Below are positions 60,726 to 64,000 of a stretch of DNA of 64,000 nucleotides, in pieces. Source of the DNA: Terriglobia bacterium (GTDB lineage: Bacteria > Acidobacteriota > Terriglobia > Terriglobales > Acidobacteriaceae); the NCBI GenBank assembly GCA_963758285.1, contig CAVWUT010000006.1, forward strand, positions 434,327 to 498,326. The letters are read 5' to 3'. The stretch's first letter is position 1, and each line of letters begins with the position of its first letter. Under the pieces are notes generated by a model. That model saw nothing but the letters and a program-made list of their open reading frames with translations. It was not told where the DNA came from and ran no database searches. The translations under genes were made by a program, and so were the position numbers.

Positions 60726-61085
60726 TCGCCGGACTCTGTATGGGCCACCTAGTCTCCTTGTATTTCTCGACCAGCGTTACGAGACGGAATGATCGGGCAC
60801 GCGTCGTCAACCCAAATGCTTCAATTTTTATGTGTTGGAAAAATAGCCAACATGGCGTCCAGCCAGCTGCCAAAATTTGAAAAATAAGCGTTGTTCAATT
60901 CGCGTCACTGAGTTGCTTAGATACAAACGGATCCTACTCACCAATGGTACGCACAACGCTACTTTCAGGCCGGGTATTGTTAGGCAAAAGCTTGTCCTGT
61001 TGCCTGACCATTTCGTCGTACTTCGGCACTGTGGTGACCTCGCCCTTTGGCACCATGTGCACCACCTTGAAGCCGCCCGCCTTGA

Positions 61086-61181
61086 GCATTCAATTACCTC
61101 GCGTACACCGGCAACCCTGTGGACCGGAAGGCTGTCCATTATCACAACGTCGCCGCGCTTGAGAAGGCGACCTCGACCGCA
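61086..61181 (-). mobile_element. remnant of an IS630-family transposase (DDE region fragment)
   Basis: LLKRGDVVIMDSLPVHRVAGVREVIE resembles the L-x-PGD-IV-MDN-L-x-H...IE segment of IS630 transposases. No intact ORF or terminal repeats seen. Confidence 0.4.
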
Positions 61182-61201
61182 GGCTGACGCAGGTTCTTCG
61201 C

Positions 61202-61864
61202 TCATTCGGTCGGTCTTACCTTCGCTAAGAACTTCTCGAACGCGGCACGACCTTCCTTGCCGGTCTGCTCTTCGACCTTCTGGAGGATCTCATCGACGGA
61301 GCGCGGCTTGGATCCGTCCCGGTGGGTAACGTCGGCTGGCACCCTCACGATCTTAGACAAGCCAACGAGCGCGGTGAAATACGCTAGCGGGTTGGTCTCA
61401 AAGACCCAATCGAAGATCTTGTATCCCTTCTCGTCATAGTGGCGCTGGAAGTCGCCGAGAAACTTGCCGCTAATCACCTGCACATTGCTGTCTTGGCGGA
61501 CAACTACGGGATTGTTGATCCCATCCTGTACCGGCGGCTTAATCTCGACGGTGGCTTCGGTCTTTTTGGAGCCCTTGCGGGATCTCCTCGGCCGCTCAAT
61601 CCGAAAAGCTAACCGGCTTGCGGGATCAACCAGCCCATAGCGCGGCGCCGAGCTGCGAAAGTAGTGGGCGATATAAAGCCGCAGCGCCGACGCCAATGGA
61701 CACTTCGGGTCCTTCGCAGCAACAACGCCCTCAATGAACGCCTTCGCTGTCAATCCGCACTCGGCCGCAATCTCTCGTAGCCAGCCCCAATACGCTGGCT
61801 CTAGCCGGACAGAGGTCGGATGACCGTTGATGATTATTCTTCTGGGTTGAACGTGAGACGGCAT
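61202..61864 (-). CDS. RHH_4-type ribbon-helix-helix protein with about 130-aa C-terminal extension of unknown family
   Basis: MPSHVQPRRIIINGHPTSVRLEPAYWGWLREIAAECGLTAKAFIEGVVAAKDPKCPLASALRLYIAHYF is a complete RHH_4-like domain. ATG 61864 preferred over the ORF-track start 61927. Confidence 0.65.
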   Translation of the reverse strand: MPSHVQPRRIIINGHPTSVRLEPAYWGWLREIAAECGLTAKAFIEGVVAAKDPKCPLASALRLYIAHYFRSSAPRYGLVDPASRLAFRIERPRRSRKGSKKTEATVEIKPPVQDGINNPVVVRQDSNVQVISGKFLGDFQRHYDEKGYKIFDWVFETNPLAYFTALVGLSKIVRVPADVTHRDGSKPRSVDEILQKVEEQTGKEGRAAFEKFLAKVRPTE

Positions 61865-62267
61865 CAGAACAAGCTTGGCACGGCCATTAGCGACAGCGGG
61901 ACCGGCGGACCGCGCCGGCGCCAGCAAATAGGAAGTGGAGCACGCCGCGCCGGTTCATTTTTGGTCGACCTTCGCGCTAGGATGTTCTTGGCGGCACTGT
62001 TGGCGCATCCGATTCACTTCTCAATTGACGTCTTGTTGCTCACGCATGACGCTACTCCAGTGGCTGGCCAAGCAAATCAATCCTGTCATCCCTTGATCCA
62101 GTATAGCCGGGCAGCGCGCCGCCCACCTGCGCGGTTTCTAGCTGTGAACGCGCCATGTGACCACAAGCCGGCGGGTGATGTTCGCAGGTTTTGATACCCC
62201 GCCACGACACACATCTACTGGATAACCTATTGATAATGCGTCGTTTTCTGATTGCTAGGGCCAGAAC

Positions 62268-62474
62268 TCATGCCACTACAATCGTATATATCCCAGACGT
62301 CGCCGAGCCGCATGCGATCGTCAGCATGCCAACAACGCCCTCAATGAACGCTTTCGCTGTCAATCCGCACTCGGCCGCAATCTCTCGTAGCCAGCCCCAA
62401 TACGCTGGCTCTAGCCGGACAGAGGTCGGATGACCGTTGATGATTATTCTTCTGGGTTGAACGTGAGACGGCAT
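62268..62474 (-). CDS. truncated RHH_4 paralogue (repeat copy 2): RHH core plus unrelated 20-aa tail
   Basis: Residues from ATG 62474 are identical to copy 1 up to ...AKAFIEGVV, then GMLTIACGSATSGIYTIVVA and stop. Confidence 0.5.
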   Translation of the reverse strand: MPSHVQPRRIIINGHPTSVRLEPAYWGWLREIAAECGLTAKAFIEGVVGMLTIACGSATSGIYTIVVA

Positions 62475-62869
62475 CAGAACAAGCTTGGCACGGCCATTAG
62501 CGACAGCAGGACCGGCGGACCGCGCCGGCGCCAGCAAATAGGAAGTGGAGCACGCCGCGCCGGTTCATTTTTGGTCGACCTTCGCGCTATGAGGTTCTTG
62601 GCGGCGCTGTTGGCGCATCCGATTCACTTCTCAATTGACGTCTTGTTGCTCACGCATGACGCTACTCCAGTGGCTGGCCAAGCAAATCAATCCTGTCATC
62701 CCTTGATCTAGTATAGCCGGGCAGCGCGCCGCCCACCTGCGCGGTTTTGCTTAGCCATGTGACCACAAGCCGGCGGGTGATGTTCGCAGGTTTTGATACC
62801 CCGCCACGACACACATCTACTGGATAACCTATTGATAATGCGTCGTTTTCTGATTGCTAGGGCCAAAAC

Positions 62870-63073
62870 TCATGCCACTACAATCGTATATACCCCAACG
62901 TCGCCGAGCCGCATCGATCGATCAGCAGCAACAACGCCCTCAATGAACGCTTTCGCTGTCATTCCGCACTCGGCCGCAATCTCTCGTAGCCAGCCCCGAT
63001 ACGCTGGCTCTAGCCGGACAGAGGTCGGATGACCGTTGATGATTATTCTTCTGGGTTGAACGTGAGACGGCAT
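62870..63073 (-). CDS. truncated RHH_4 paralogue (repeat copy 3)
   Basis: Same as copy 2 from ATG 63073, with two substitutions (W to R, L to M) and tail AADRSMRLGDVGVYTIVVA. Confidence 0.5.
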   Translation of the reverse strand: MPSHVQPRRIIINGHPTSVRLEPAYRGWLREIAAECGMTAKAFIEGVVAADRSMRLGDVGVYTIVVA

Positions 63074-63406
63074 CAGAACAAGCTTGGCACGACCATTAGC
63101 GACAGCAGGACCGGCGGACCGCGCCGGCGCCAGCAAATAGGAAGTGGAGCACGCCGCGCCGGTTCATTTTTGGTCGACCTTCGCGCTATGAGGTTCTTGG
63201 CGCCGCTGTTGGCGCATCCGATTCACTTCTCAATTGACGTCTTGTTGCTGGGCGCCATCATAAACCTCGAGGATTGGGTGCGGAGCCTTGGCCTCGGCCA
63301 ATGTGAGGCAGCTACGCGATAGACCTCGGCGTCCTGCCCGGCATCATTAAGGCCAAGTGTTGCCGTTAAATCAAAAAACGGCCATCCCTAAGTGGTGAGG
63401 ACGAAA

Positions 63407-63697
63407 ATGCCAACCGTTGCGCTTCAAGTTACAGTCACTGACTATGCAAAATGGCGGCCTATTTTCGACAAGTACAGGTCATACCGAGCTGAAGCCGGAT
63501 TTAAGAACGAACGGGTATTCCGAAACGTCGACGATCCCAATGAAATAATCATTTGGGGGGAGGCGACGAGCGGATCAAAATTACGCAGGGCGCTGGCAAG
63601 CCCGGAGCTCAAGGCCGCGATGAAAGAAGCGGGTGGCGTGGCTGGAACCTTAAAGCTGCATGTCATCCCTTACAGCAGTGACGCTGTTATAGCATAG
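63407..63697 (+). CDS. small protein, possibly dimeric alpha/beta-barrel (ABM-like) fold
   Basis: GGTGAGG RBS then ATG 63407. MPTVALQVTVTDYAKWRPIFDKYRSYRAEAGFKNERVFRNVDDPNEIIIWGEA... Family call is tentative. Confidence 0.45.
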   Translation: MPTVALQVTVTDYAKWRPIFDKYRSYRAEAGFKNERVFRNVDDPNEIIIWGEATSGSKLRRALASPELKAAMKEAGGVAGTLKLHVIPYSSDAVIA

Positions 63698-64000
63698 ACT
63701 TGGGGATCGCAGCGCGTATTAGTCCATCATCTGTATTGCTCAGGCGCGGCGCACCATACAAATGCCCCGGCTGCTGTATTGTTTTGTCTGGATCAGACGC
63801 ACTGTTTGATGAATCCCATCCAAAGCAGCAGAAACGGAGGTTCGGCAGGAATCTCTCGCCAATGTCGTTCCTTAAGCAGACACGATCTGCGTCAAATGCT
63901 GGGATTGGTGATATCGCCGCCACGGCTTGAAAACGTCAGCATCGACCCTCGCGGAAGCGAATGAGGAGGGGAATAGGTTGGCTTATGACGATCCGCTTCA

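Larger units (their letters stand above)
61721..63249. repeat. tandem repeat, unit about 600-610 bp, 2.5 copies, roughly 95% identical by eye
   Basis: Unit starts (AACAACGCCCTCAATGAACG) at 61721, 62331 and 62930. The third copy ends at 63249. Each unit holds the first 200 or so nt of the RHH_4 gene plus its upstream region. Confidence 0.9.

Noticed and set aside
62217-62225. DnaA-box-like TTATCCAGT (minus strand) inside the repeat spacer, suggesting a replication origin or iterons
   Set aside because: It is a 7/9 match occurring once per unit (twice in the array). There is no cluster of boxes, no AT-rich unwinding element and no rep gene.
61721-63249. Tandem repeats as a CRISPR array or a diversity-generating retroelement (TR/VR pair)
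   Set aside because: The unit is about 600 bp with no short repeat-spacer structure and no cas genes. Differences between copies are not adenine-specific, and no reverse transcriptase is nearby.

Overview
This is a roughly 60% GC chromosomal window. Gene content and the many GC-rich palindromic repeat elements suggest a soil Acidobacteriota-type genome, but that is inference only. All family calls come from motifs read by eye in the ORF translations; no searches were run.

Layout:
- 0-15 kb: a heat-shock neighbourhood. It holds a PDZ-GAF-PP2C phosphatase, hspR, an APC permease, dnaJ, dnaK and groES-groEL, with a canonical CIRCE at groES and a HAIR-like site at dnaK.
- 15-57 kb: ordinary housekeeping genes. 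These include EVE, ArsR, SPOR, SPFH/NfeD, NDH-2, an M28 peptidase, a ferredoxin-methyltransferase fusion, copA flanked by ParE-like and VapBC toxin-antitoxin pairs, polX, csp, Nudix, ymdB, a solute-binding protein, anmK-nagZ, mutS, galT-like, hemX-like-hemA-hemC-hemD, an S9 peptidase, nth and dedA.
- 57.6-64 kb: a lower-GC mosaic of gene fragments and Rhizobiales-type genes.

No rRNA, tRNA or CRISPR array was seen.

Best candidates for something new:
1. An orphan low-GC gene (10.3-12.6 kb) sits between the dnaK block and groESL. It encodes a large protein whose only recognisable feature is a C-terminal PD-(D/E)xK nuclease motif.
2. A diverged tandem array (61.7-63.2 kb, about 600-bp unit, 2.5 copies) reiterates the promoter and 5' part of an RHH_4-type gene.
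3. A partial duplication of the hspR 5' end forms a 42-codon uORF that differs from hspR only synonymously.
4. Seven or eight frame disruptions cluster in 52.5-57.2 kb (hemD, S9 peptidase, nth, dedA and a secreted protein). An in-frame TAG also interrupts the M28 peptidase at 24.06 kb. These may be assembly errors or real gene decay next to the mosaic region.
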